NCBI GenBank assembly: GCA_007693325.1
Contig: REDW01000115.1
Coordinates: 61,057-125,056, forward strand
Source of the DNA: Spirochaetaceae bacterium
Lineage (GTDB): Bacteria > Spirochaetota > Spirochaetia > DSM-27196 > PWMO01
DNA: 64,000 bases
Direction of reading: 5' to 3'
The notes beneath the pieces were generated by a model. That model was given only the letters and a program-made list of their open reading frames with translations, had not been told where the DNA came from and did no database searches. Position numbers and translations under genes: made by a program. Shown one piece after another: positions 56,960 to 64,000 of this stretch (position 1 is the stretch's first letter; every line of letters begins with the position of its first letter).

Positions 56960-58393
56960 ATGTCCGGCGGCACACCACCCCGTCAATTCACCCGCCTGTT
57001 CATGGTAGGTATCAAAGGAACCGGAATGACCGCCCTCGCTGAGCTGCTGCAGCAGCAGGGGGTGCAGATCTGCGGCTCGGATACCCACGAGCGCTTCTAC
57101 ACCGACGGCATCCTTGCCGAACTGGGAATCCCGGTAATCGAGAGCTTCGATGCCGATCGGCTCCCGGATGACAGCGAAGCGGTGATCTACTCGGCAGCCT
57201 ACGATCCGGCGGTTCATCCGCAGCTGCTGCACGCTGCCGAGCGCGGCACGCCGCTGATGAGTTATACCGAAGCTCTCGGTGGGCTGTCGGCCGGTCAGTT
57301 TGCCGTTGGTATTGCCGGAGTACACGGCAAGACCACCACCGCCGCACTAGTCGGTACGCTGGTGCGACAGTTGGGGCTGCCAGGATCGGTGCTGGTTGGA
57401 AGCGCGGTAACTAACTTCAACGGGCGGTCGACCTATAGCGGCGGTAACCGGTTCCTGGTGGCCGAGACCTGCGAATACCGGCGCCACTTTCTCTCGTTTC
57501 ACCCGGATGTGCTGTTGATCACCGGAATCGAACCCGACCACCTCGATTACTATCGTGATCTGCAGGATATTCAGAGCGCCTTTGCCGACTATGTCCGGCG
57601 GCTGCCCCAGGCTGGCGTTCTGATCTACTGCGCCGATGATCCCGCAGCGCAGGAGGTTTGCGCCGCCGTTGCCCAAGAGCGGTCCGATCTGAAGCTGATC
57701 GGTTACGGCCGCAGCGCCGAGGGAGACTATCGCCTCAGCAACGTCGAGCTGGTTCCCGCTACGGTGCGCTTCCAGCTGGGACGCGATGCGGCGCCGTGGC
57801 TCCTGCGCGTACCCGGTGCACACAATGCGCTGAACGCAGCCGGCGCGGTTGCGGTGCTGGATTGCCTGGCGCGGCGTTTTGGCGTGCAACCCGACAGAGC
57901 GCAGCTGCGCAGCGCGCTGGCCTCTTTCAGCGGCACCCGGCGCCGCAGCGAGGTGGTCGGTGAAGCCGGCGGCGTACTGTTTATCGATGACTACGGCCAT
58001 CATCCAACAGCCATCCGTACTACCCTCGAAGGGCTGCGCGCATTCTATCCGCGCCGCCGGCTGGTAGTAGATTTCATGTCACACACCTATTCTCGGACTG
58101 CGGCGCTGCTGGACGACTTTGCGCGCAGTCTGGCCATCGCCGATGTTGTTGTGCTGCACCGGATCTACGCTTCGGCGCGGGAGCGCTTCGACGGAAGAAT
58201 TGCAGGAAATGACCTCGCCGATCGAACGCGCCGCTACCACGCTGACGTACACTATATCGAAGAACCGATGGACGCAGTACGGCCGCTGCAGCGACTGCTG
58301 CAGCGCGGGGACCTGTTTGTAACAATGGGAGCGGGGAACAACTGGCAGATCGGCGAGAGACTGCTGCAGCAGCGCCAGCGGGAGCCGGCCTGA
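56960..58393 (+). CDS. murC: UDP-N-acetylmuramate--L-alanine ligase
   Basis: FMVGIKGTGMTALAELL, GIAGVHGKTTTAAL and DDYGHHPT motifs. Confidence 0.9.
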   Translation: MSGGTPPRQFTRLFMVGIKGTGMTALAELLQQQGVQICGSDTHERFYTDGILAELGIPVIESFDADRLPDDSEAVIYSAAYDPAVHPQLLHAAERGTPLMSYTEALGGLSAGQFAVGIAGVHGKTTTAALVGTLVRQLGLPGSVLVGSAVTNFNGRSTYSGGNRFLVAETCEYRRHFLSFHPDVLLITGIEPDHLDYYRDLQDIQSAFADYVRRLPQAGVLIYCADDPAAQEVCAAVAQERSDLKLIGYGRSAEGDYRLSNVELVPATVRFQLGRDAAPWLLRVPGAHNALNAAGAVAVLDCLARRFGVQPDRAQLRSALASFSGTRRRSEVVGEAGGVLFIDDYGHHPTAIRTTLEGLRAFYPRRRLVVDFMSHTYSRTAALLDDFARSLAIADVVVLHRIYASARERFDGRIAGNDLADRTRRYHADVHYIEEPMDAVRPLQRLLQRGDLFVTMGAGNNWQIGERLLQQRQREPA

Positions 58394-59259
58394 TGAAGAG
58401 CATGACAGGATTTGGTCACGCCGAGCACCACGATGACGCTTTGCAGGCCTCATTGGAGCTCAAGTCGTACAACAATCGATATCTCGATATCAGCGTGGTG
58501 CTGCCCGGTTTCCTTGCGGTGCTCGAACCGGAGATTCGCGGCTATATCGGCGGCAGAGTCAAGCGTGGGCGCGTGGAGGTTGTGCTGCGTGTGCGCGAGC
58601 TGGCGCAGAACGTGCGTGTTCACATCGACGCGGGCACCGTAGCGGCGTATCGAGATGCGCTGCAGCGGCTGCGCGAGGTTGGCGGATTCAACGAACCGCT
58701 GACAATCGAGCACCTGCTGCGTTTTGATGAAGTGGTGCAGGTCGAGAAGGAACGCGAAATCGGCGACTATCGTGCGGTTGTCTTCGAGTTGCTCGAGCGG
58801 GCGTGGGCCGGCTTCGACAGCGAGCGCGATCGCGAGGGGCAGGCCACCGTGCGCGATATTCGCGGCCAGCTTGCGCGGCTGAAAACGGCGCTGCAGGCGG
58901 TTGCCGCTGTTGCACCGCAAATGGAAGAGGGGCTGCGCCACAGCGTACGCGCCCGATTTGCCGAGGTGCTGGGTGATGAAGTCGACATGACGCGCGTCTA
59001 CAGTGAGACAGCGCTGCTGCTGGTGAAGTACTCGATACACGAAGAACTGAGCCGTATGGAATCGCACCTCGAGGGCCTGGATGCAGCGCTTGGTGACAGC
59101 GGCGCGCAGGGGAAACGCCTCGACTTCCTGTGCCAGGAGATCAATCGTGAGGTCAATACCGTCGGTTCCAAGAGCTTCGTGCTGGATATCAGCCGGCAGG
59201 TGGTTGAAATGAAAGATGCGCTGGAGAATATCCGTGAACAGTTACGCAACGTCGAGTAG
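58393..59259 (+). CDS. yicC: YicC family stress-induced protein
   Basis: MKSMTGFG N-terminus and C-terminal EINREVNTVGSK motif. The start overlaps the murC stop (TGATG). Confidence 0.85.
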   Translation: MKSMTGFGHAEHHDDALQASLELKSYNNRYLDISVVLPGFLAVLEPEIRGYIGGRVKRGRVEVVLRVRELAQNVRVHIDAGTVAAYRDALQRLREVGGFNEPLTIEHLLRFDEVVQVEKEREIGDYRAVVFELLERAWAGFDSERDREGQATVRDIRGQLARLKTALQAVAAVAPQMEEGLRHSVRARFAEVLGDEVDMTRVYSETALLLVKYSIHEELSRMESHLEGLDAALGDSGAQGKRLDFLCQEINREVNTVGSKSFVLDISRQVVEMKDALENIREQLRNVE

Positions 59260-59274
59260 TCACGCGGGGCCTTC

Positions 59275-59820
59275 ATGGTGACCATAGCGATATCGGGTAG
59301 AAGCGGCTGCGGCAATTCCACGGTCAGCCGAATGGTGGCTGACCGACTGGGGCTGCGCCTGGTGAATTATACCTTCCACAGCATTGCCGAAGAGCGTGGT
59401 ATAGATTTTGATGAACTGTGCCGCATGGCTGAGAGCGATTCCAGCTGGGATCGTTACCTGGATCGACGTCAGGTGGAAATGGCGCGCCAGGGATCCTGTG
59501 TTCTGGGGTCGCGCCTTGCGGTGTGGTTGCTGAAGGACGAGGCTGACCTGACGGTCTATCTCACCGCTCCGCTGGAGGTACGCGCCGAGCGGATCTGGCG
59601 CCGCGAGGGTGGAAGCTACGCGGCGGTGCTGGAGCGCACCAGGCTGCGCGACGAACGCGATCGCCATCGCTACCTCAAACTCTACAATATCGATAACAAC
59701 CATCATGACTTCGTCGATCTGCTGATCGACACTGAATCGCTGCTCCCCGAGCAGATTGCCGAGCGCATAGTGTCTGCCGCAATGCCCGCGCTTGAACGCA
59801 ATAAGAATCGAGAGAAATAG
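59275..59820 (+). CDS. Archaeal-type cytidylate kinase-like P-loop protein with an atypical Walker A
   Basis: 181 aa with an overall CMP-kinase (type 2)-like sequence. The P-loop reads ISGRSGCGNST, with Asn (AAT) where the Walker lysine is expected. Confidence 0.7.
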   Translation: MVTIAISGRSGCGNSTVSRMVADRLGLRLVNYTFHSIAEERGIDFDELCRMAESDSSWDRYLDRRQVEMARQGSCVLGSRLAVWLLKDEADLTVYLTAPLEVRAERIWRREGGSYAAVLERTRLRDERDRHRYLKLYNIDNNHHDFVDLLIDTESLLPEQIAERIVSAAMPALERNKNREK

Positions 59821-59846
59821 AATTCCGGCTCCAGGCGGGCTACCTT

Positions 59847-60557
59847 ATGTTCTTGAGGACGGAACAGACGGTGCAGTTGAAGAACTATCAGGAAGATATC
59901 GTGCTGAAGGCAATCGATATTGCGTTGGAAGACCGCCCGAGTCTGCGCGGTGACCCAGCGGTAATCAAGGATGTAGCGGCATACGTGCTCAACCGGGTTC
60001 CTCCGCGCTACATCATGAGCGAGCGCGGCTTCACGCGGCTGGCGGCCGAGCATCTTGATGAGAACAGCAGCTCGCTGGGCAGCATGATCGGAATTCTGGT
60101 GCTGGTAAACGAGGGTATCGAGCTCATAGAGCGGCGGCGCAAGCCGTTTGCTGCCGACGGAACGCGCGGGCTGTCGGTTGATGAGGAGATCAGCCCGGTT
60201 CACAACCTTCCCCAGCTGTTCGGCAAGGTGGTAGACAGCCACAGCGGTGCCGCGGTTGACGGCGCTTCGGTCAGGCTCTCAGTAGACGGCCGGACCGCAG
60301 AGTCGGCTCAGCCGGGGTGGCCCAATCCGTTTATTACCCAGCACAGTACCAACGGATACTACAGTTTCTGGCCCGCAGCGGTACGCGATGACCGCGAAAC
60401 CCACACGTTTACGCTCAGTATAGAGGTTGATCACCCGGCGTACGAACCGGCACGCCTCGAGACTCTGATTACAACCTGCTGCGAGTTCATGGTGCAGGAC
60501 AACATCGCCAGCGACGGAATCCTCAACCTGGATCCAATTGCGCTCAAGCGCGTCTGA
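59847..60557 (+). CDS. ComFB-domain protein fused to a carboxypeptidase-regulatory-like (CarboxypepD_reg) beta-sandwich
   Basis: The N-terminus LKNYQEDIVLKAIDIAL...VAAYVLNRVPPRYI is ComFB-like. The C-terminus GKVVDSHSGAAVDGASVRLSVDG...GYYSF is CarboxypepD_reg-like. The start is uncertain. Confidence 0.6.
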   Translation: MFLRTEQTVQLKNYQEDIVLKAIDIALEDRPSLRGDPAVIKDVAAYVLNRVPPRYIMSERGFTRLAAEHLDENSSSLGSMIGILVLVNEGIELIERRRKPFAADGTRGLSVDEEISPVHNLPQLFGKVVDSHSGAAVDGASVRLSVDGRTAESAQPGWPNPFITQHSTNGYYSFWPAAVRDDRETHTFTLSIEVDHPAYEPARLETLITTCCEFMVQDNIASDGILNLDPIALKRV

Positions 60558-60586
60558 TGCGTCCGAGCCTGATCAGGCCGGGCTGA

Positions 60587-61507
60587 CTACTCCAGGTAGG
60601 CTGCCTCTTTAGCGCGTACCAGGTCAAACAGCATCCGGTTCACCGGCGTTGCAACCGAAGACTGCTCGCCAAGCTCGATAATCTTCCCGGCGAACATCTC
60701 GACCTCGGTCTTGCGCCGCTGTTCGACATCCTGGTGCATCGAAGTCTTGCCGTCGGGAGACAGTTGATCGAGAATCGTGTGCCATCGACTGATGTCGTCT
60801 CCGTCGAGCGCTATAGCGTGCGCCTGCGCCAGAGCGATGACCTCGTGCATGGCGGCATCCATCAGCGTACGCGCGTGGGGATTGACCTGGAAGGCGCGGT
60901 AGGGCAGCTGCAGAACCGCGGACAGCTGGTTGATGCCGACGTTAATCATGAACTTCCACCACTGCGTGCGTAGCATATCCGGCGGGACCTCGCAGGGGAT
61001 GTTGCACGACGAGAAGAAGCGTTGGATCGCTACAATCTCGGGTGCCGGCGGATCATTGCGCGGGTGGCCAAAATAGATCACGCCGTAGCTGGAACAGCTG
61101 ATGTGATTCCCTTCGCGGACCGCGTCTATCCCCAGACTGAGCCCGTGAATCACGCGCCGGCTGTCAAACCGGGCACTGAGAATCTCTTCGCTGTCAATTC
61201 CGTTGAGCAGCGACAGGATCAGCGTATGCTCGCCAACGCACGGCTGCATCAGCTTGATAGCTTCGTCGAGCTGATGGTACTTGACCGTCAGCAGAATCAG
61301 ATCTGCTGCGGGGGCGTTCTGCGGATTGATCGCGGGCAGGCGGAAGTGTTCACCGTTGACCACAACGCCATCCTGCTGCAAGCGCTGCAAGCGCGCCCCG
61401 TCTGCCAGGAACGCTGCCGACGCCGGTTTGGCGCGCTGAATGGCGCTACCGTAGGCTGCACCCAGGCCGCCGGCGCCGATAATGTAGACGGACTCGATTG
61501 CTTTCAT
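60587..61507 (-). CDS. panE: 2-dehydropantoate 2-reductase
   Basis: N-terminal IIGAGGLGAAYG Rossmann motif plus the ApbA C-terminal domain (TSMHQDVEQRRKTEVE). Confidence 0.85.
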   Translation of the reverse strand: MKAIESVYIIGAGGLGAAYGSAIQRAKPASAAFLADGARLQRLQQDGVVVNGEHFRLPAINPQNAPAADLILLTVKYHQLDEAIKLMQPCVGEHTLILSLLNGIDSEEILSARFDSRRVIHGLSLGIDAVREGNHISCSSYGVIYFGHPRNDPPAPEIVAIQRFFSSCNIPCEVPPDMLRTQWWKFMINVGINQLSAVLQLPYRAFQVNPHARTLMDAAMHEVIALAQAHAIALDGDDISRWHTILDQLSPDGKTSMHQDVEQRRKTEVEMFAGKIIELGEQSSVATPVNRMLFDLVRAKEAAYLE

Positions 61508-61584
61508 AGAATGCGGCTACGATATCGCGGTGCGTCAGTTGTGGTCAAGTAGCCTTGCGCGGCGGGGCGCCGGCGCGGCGGGGC

Positions 61585-61613
61585 TTGATTCTCAACCGCT
61601 GCGCTGCTATATT
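61585..61613 (+). promoter_or_regulatory. Candidate promoter TTGATT-17 nt-TATATT upstream of rpoZ
   Basis: -35 at 61585-61590 and -10 at 61608-61613. Confidence 0.45.
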
Positions 61614-61673
61614 TCCAGTACGAATCTATACATAAGCGGGTGACGCGTGGACGAGAAACGTTCGGAGAGTGAG

Positions 61674-61865
61674 ATGGTACTTCCTTTGGACCTCCTGATA
61701 CAAGAAGACAGCAACATTTACGAGGTGACCCGCGCCGCTATACGCCGCGCCTTTCAGCTCAGCGTTACCGGTGACGAGGAGTTAGAGCGCAACCAGGGTA
61801 AGGTGGTGTCCACGGCTATCCGGCAGGTTCTCACGCGCAAGGTGCAGTATCAGATCGAAGAGTAA
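61674..61865 (+). CDS. rpoZ: DNA-directed RNA polymerase subunit omega
   Basis: SNIYEVTRAAIRRAFQL fits the N.YEL...A.KRA.QL omega motif. ATG 61674 is preferred; GTG 61647 is possible. Confidence 0.7.
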   Translation: MVLPLDLLIQEDSNIYEVTRAAIRRAFQLSVTGDEELERNQGKVVSTAIRQVLTRKVQYQIEE

Positions 61866-62826
61866 ACCGCCGGTACTCTTTTGCCTCTTTGGTCCAACCG
61901 CTTCAGGGAAGACCGAGCTTCTGTTCAAGCTATTCAACTCACACAATGCCGAGGTGATCAGCGCCGATTCGATGCAAGTCTATCGCGGTATGGACATTGG
62001 CACCGCTAAACCGTCACGGCGGCAACGCGAACTGCTGGTTCACCATCTGCTGGACATCAAAACGCCGGATCAGCGCTATCACGTCGGCGAGTTTGTGCAG
62101 TCCGCCGATGCGCTGACAGCCCGGATCTCTGCTGCCGGCCGTTTACCGGTGGTTTGCGGTGGGACGGCGTTCTACATCCGTACCCTGCTGTGCGGTTTGC
62201 CGCAGGCCCCGGCTGCCAGTCCGGAGGTTCGTGCCCGCCTGGTGCAGCGCCTGCAGAGCGAGGGGCTCGATGCGCTCTACGCTGAACTGTGCCGGGTTGA
62301 CCCGGAGTCATCGGCGCACATTGCGCCGGCTGACCGCTACCGAATCGTGCGCGCGCTCGAGATATACCACAGCTGCGGTGTTCCGCGCTCACAGTTTGTC
62401 CGTCCCGTCAGCCTGCGCGCCGACGTGGCCCCGCTGATCATCGCCATCGATCGGCCCCGCACTGAGCTCTACCAGCGTATCAACCGCCGCGTGCGGTGCA
62501 TGTTCGAGCAGGGCCTGGTTGACGAGGTGCAGGCGCTGGCCGCGGCGGGCTACGGTCCGGACGCCCCCGGGTTGCGCGCCATCGGCTACCGCGAGTTTTT
62601 CGAGCATCCGCGGATTGCCGCAGAAGGACTTGCCGCAGCACGTGACCCCGAGGTGGCCGGCGCTATCGAGACCGCGATTGCGCGCAACAGCCGCCGCTAC
62701 GCCAAGCGCCAGCTGACGTTCTTTCGGCAGATGCCGTCGGTCCAATGGGTCGGCGCGGACAGTCACCAGCTGATTGCCGAGCGCGTGGCGCCTCTGCTGC
62801 ACGGCAATGACGCAACCGGCGCGTGA
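61849..62826 (+). CDS. miaA: tRNA dimethylallyltransferase; the N-terminal P-loop lies upstream of the first canonical start codon
   Basis: The frame is open from 61786 and encodes ...KPPVLFCLFGPTASGKTELLFKLFNSHNAEVISADSMQVYRGMDIGTAKP. No ATG/GTG/TTG occurs before GTG 61954, which lies after the P-loop. ATC 61849 is preceded by AAGGTG. The 5' coordinate is therefore tentative. Confidence 0.8.
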   Translation: MRSKSKPPVLFCLFGPTASGKTELLFKLFNSHNAEVISADSMQVYRGMDIGTAKPSRRQRELLVHHLLDIKTPDQRYHVGEFVQSADALTARISAAGRLPVVCGGTAFYIRTLLCGLPQAPAASPEVRARLVQRLQSEGLDALYAELCRVDPESSAHIAPADRYRIVRALEIYHSCGVPRSQFVRPVSLRADVAPLIIAIDRPRTELYQRINRRVRCMFEQGLVDEVQALAAAGYGPDAPGLRAIGYREFFEHPRIAAEGLAAARDPEVAGAIETAIARNSRRYAKRQLTFFRQMPSVQWVGADSHQLIAERVAPLLHGNDATGA

Positions 62827-62836
62827 ACCCGGCAGC

Positions 62837-62865
62837 TTGACATCGGTTTCAGCTTTCAGTATGGT
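62837..62865 (+). promoter_or_regulatory. Candidate promoter TTGACA-17 nt-TATGGT
   Basis: -35 at 62837-62842 and -10 at 62860-62865, upstream of the small basic-peptide gene. Confidence 0.5.
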
Positions 62866-62942
62866 AAGGTTTCCTGTATGGCAGATAGCGCCCGCTTTGG
62901 GCATATACGCGAACCATTGACAGCACAAAAGGAGCAAGATAG

Positions 62943-63038
62943 GTGCCTTGCGGACGAAAGCGTAAACGAAAGAAGATCTCGACTCATAAGCGAAAGAAGA
63001 AACTCCGAAAGAACCGCCACAAGAAGAAGGGCAAATAG
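62943..63038 (+). CDS. 31-codon polybasic peptide, bS22 / AURKAIP1-COX24-like small ribosomal-type protein
   Basis: GTG 62943 lies 8 nt after AAAAGGAG. The translation is (M)PCGRKRKRKKISTHKRKKKLRKNRHKKKGK, ending at TAG 63036-63038. It is below the 60-aa cut-off of the ORF track. Confidence 0.7.
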   Translation: MPCGRKRKRKKISTHKRKKKLRKNRHKKKGK

Positions 63039-63047
63039 CCTGTCCGG

Positions 63048-63074
63048 CCCCGTGTAACCGCGTTGCGGGGTTTT
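63048..63074 (+). terminator. Possible intrinsic terminator (CCCCG...CGGGG stem, inner CCGC-GTT-GCGG hairpin, then TTTT)
   Basis: Read directly from the sequence, 10 nt after the small-gene stop. The stem is short, so confidence is modest. Confidence 0.4.
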
Positions 63075-63156
63075 CGGTTGCCGGCCGATTGAAGAGAGCT
63101 TCTCGCTGTGGTATTGTAGCGAACAACCGATTCTGGAGAAGCGGCGGCGGGCAACC

Positions 63157-64000
63157 ATGTTCACGGTAACACTTCCTCGAGACAGATCGCTCGTGCTGGG
63201 TCATAGAACCCTGGTTATGGGCATTATCAACTGTACCGCCGACTCGTTCCTCGCTTCCAGCCGTGTTGCATCGCCGGATCAGGCGATCAGTGTTGCGCGC
63301 GCGATGATCGACGCCGGCGCGGACATCCTCGATATTGGTGGCGAATCGAGCCGTCCCGGTAGCGACTACGTCAGCGCCGAGCTCGAAATCGAGCGCGTGG
63401 TGCCCACGATCAGCGCCATCCGCGAGTTCTCCGCTATCCCTATCTCGATCGATACCAGAAAACAGACGGTTGCCGCCGCCGCGGTAGAGGCGGGAGCCGA
63501 CATAATCAACGACATTTCGGCGCTGCGCGACGATCCCGAGCTTGCCGGATTTGCCGCAACCCACGGTTTGCCGGTGATTCTGATGCACATGCGCGGAACT
63601 CCGCGCACCATGCAGCACAAGCCGCACTACGATGACGTTACGGGCGAGATAAGCCGTGAACTGCTCGATTTTGCCGCCGAGGCGCAGCGCGCGGGCGTAG
63701 CGCGGCGCCAGATAATCCTCGATCCGGGGATCGGCTTCGGTAAGCGTCTGCAGGACAACGTGGCTATCCTCTGCGGAGTTGCTGAGTTGAGCCGGATCGG
63801 CTACCCACTGCTGATTGGTGCTTCGCGCAAATCCTTCATCGGCAGTCTGCTGGACGGCGACAGCCCGCGCGCGCCGCAGCAGCGGCTGGCCGGATCGCTC
63901 GCGGTGCATCTGTTAGCCGCGCAGGCCGGTGCTCACATTCTGCGCGTTCACGACGTGGCTGAAACCGTTGATGCACTACGAGTGTTGTCGGCAGTTGCCG
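63157..64000 (+). CDS. folP: Dihydropteroate synthase, 3' end beyond the window
   Basis: ATG 63157. MGIINCTADSF, DIGGESSRPG, ISIDT, DPGIGFGK and GASRKSF motifs. It is absent from the ORF track because no stop codon falls inside the window. Confidence 0.9.
   Translation, partial: MFTVTLPRDRSLVLGHRTLVMGIINCTADSFLASSRVASPDQAISVARAMIDAGADILDIGGESSRPGSDYVSAELEIERVVPTISAIREFSAIPISIDTRKQTVAAAAVEAGADIINDISALRDDPELAGFAATHGLPVILMHMRGTPRTMQHKPHYDDVTGEISRELLDFAAEAQRAGVARRQIILDPGIGFGKRLQDNVAILCGVAELSRIGYPLLIGASRKSFIGSLLDGDSPRAPQQRLAGSLAVHLLAAQAGAHILRVHDVAETVDALRVLSAVA

Noticed and set aside
61880-61925. Suspected frameshift between the MiaA P-loop and the rest of the gene.
   Set aside because: This was a mis-indexing on my first pass. 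Codon-by-codon re-reading shows GPTASGKTELLFKLF is in the same frame as the downstream ORF. The real anomaly is the missing start codon, reported separately.
62878-63057. 59-codon ATG-initiated ORF overlapping the small basic-peptide gene in another frame.
   Set aside because: It has no SD and its product (MADSARFGHIREPLTAQKEQDRCLADES...) is unfamiliar. The overlapping 31-codon frame has a well-placed SD and a recognisable conserved polybasic pattern.

Overview
The window is 64 kb of visibly GC-rich, densely coding bacterial chromosome. I call about 58 protein genes and find almost no non-coding space. Short ParE/ParC-type topoisomerase IV genes, Lol and Mla-like envelope transporters and a P-loop/Asp23 fusion hint at a diderm, spirochaete-like organism, but that is inference only. 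All family calls come from motifs I recognise by eye in the supplied translations; no searches were run.

I see no rRNA, tRNA, CRISPR array, transposase or integrase. Most long ORFs antisense to the called genes look like GC-driven shadow ORFs.

Main content:
- poly(A)/CCA-type nucleotidyltransferase
- an rnfCDGEA cluster without rnfB, preceded by a DUF212 gene and an orphan membrane-protein gene
- a GH57 glycosidase
- a two-gene encapsulin plus encapsulated-ferritin (EncFtn) operon
- prfB with its classical +1 programmed frameshift, translationally coupled to a CheY-like receiver and a PEGA-domain protein
- ftsY and lolCDE-like genes
- mcsA-mcsB-clpC
- pcm, parE and parC
- divergent ABC-2 and RND efflux operons
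- an M16 peptidase, cysK and metY
- an Ate/Bpt-type N-end-rule transferase
- an mtlD-like dehydrogenase, a TetR regulator, rsmE and citrate synthase
- an Mla/Pqi-like lipid-transport operon
- murC, yicC, a CMP-kinase-like gene, a ComFB fusion, panE, rpoZ, miaA and folP (truncated by the window edge)

Most noteworthy:
- The encapsulin/EncFtn nanocompartment locus is the clearest self-contained system, although this system type is already described elsewhere.
- The Rnf cluster is atypical.
- Two genes (miaA and the Mla-associated lipoprotein) lack a canonical start codon. Their conserved N-termini can only be translated from ATC or ATA.
- A 31-codon polybasic bS22/AURKAIP1-like gene falls below the ORF-track length cut-off.
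- A perfect 11-bp hairpin plus an 11-codon uORF lies upstream of the RND efflux operon.

I cannot point to a convincingly new multi-gene system. The candidates are ranked honestly in the findings.
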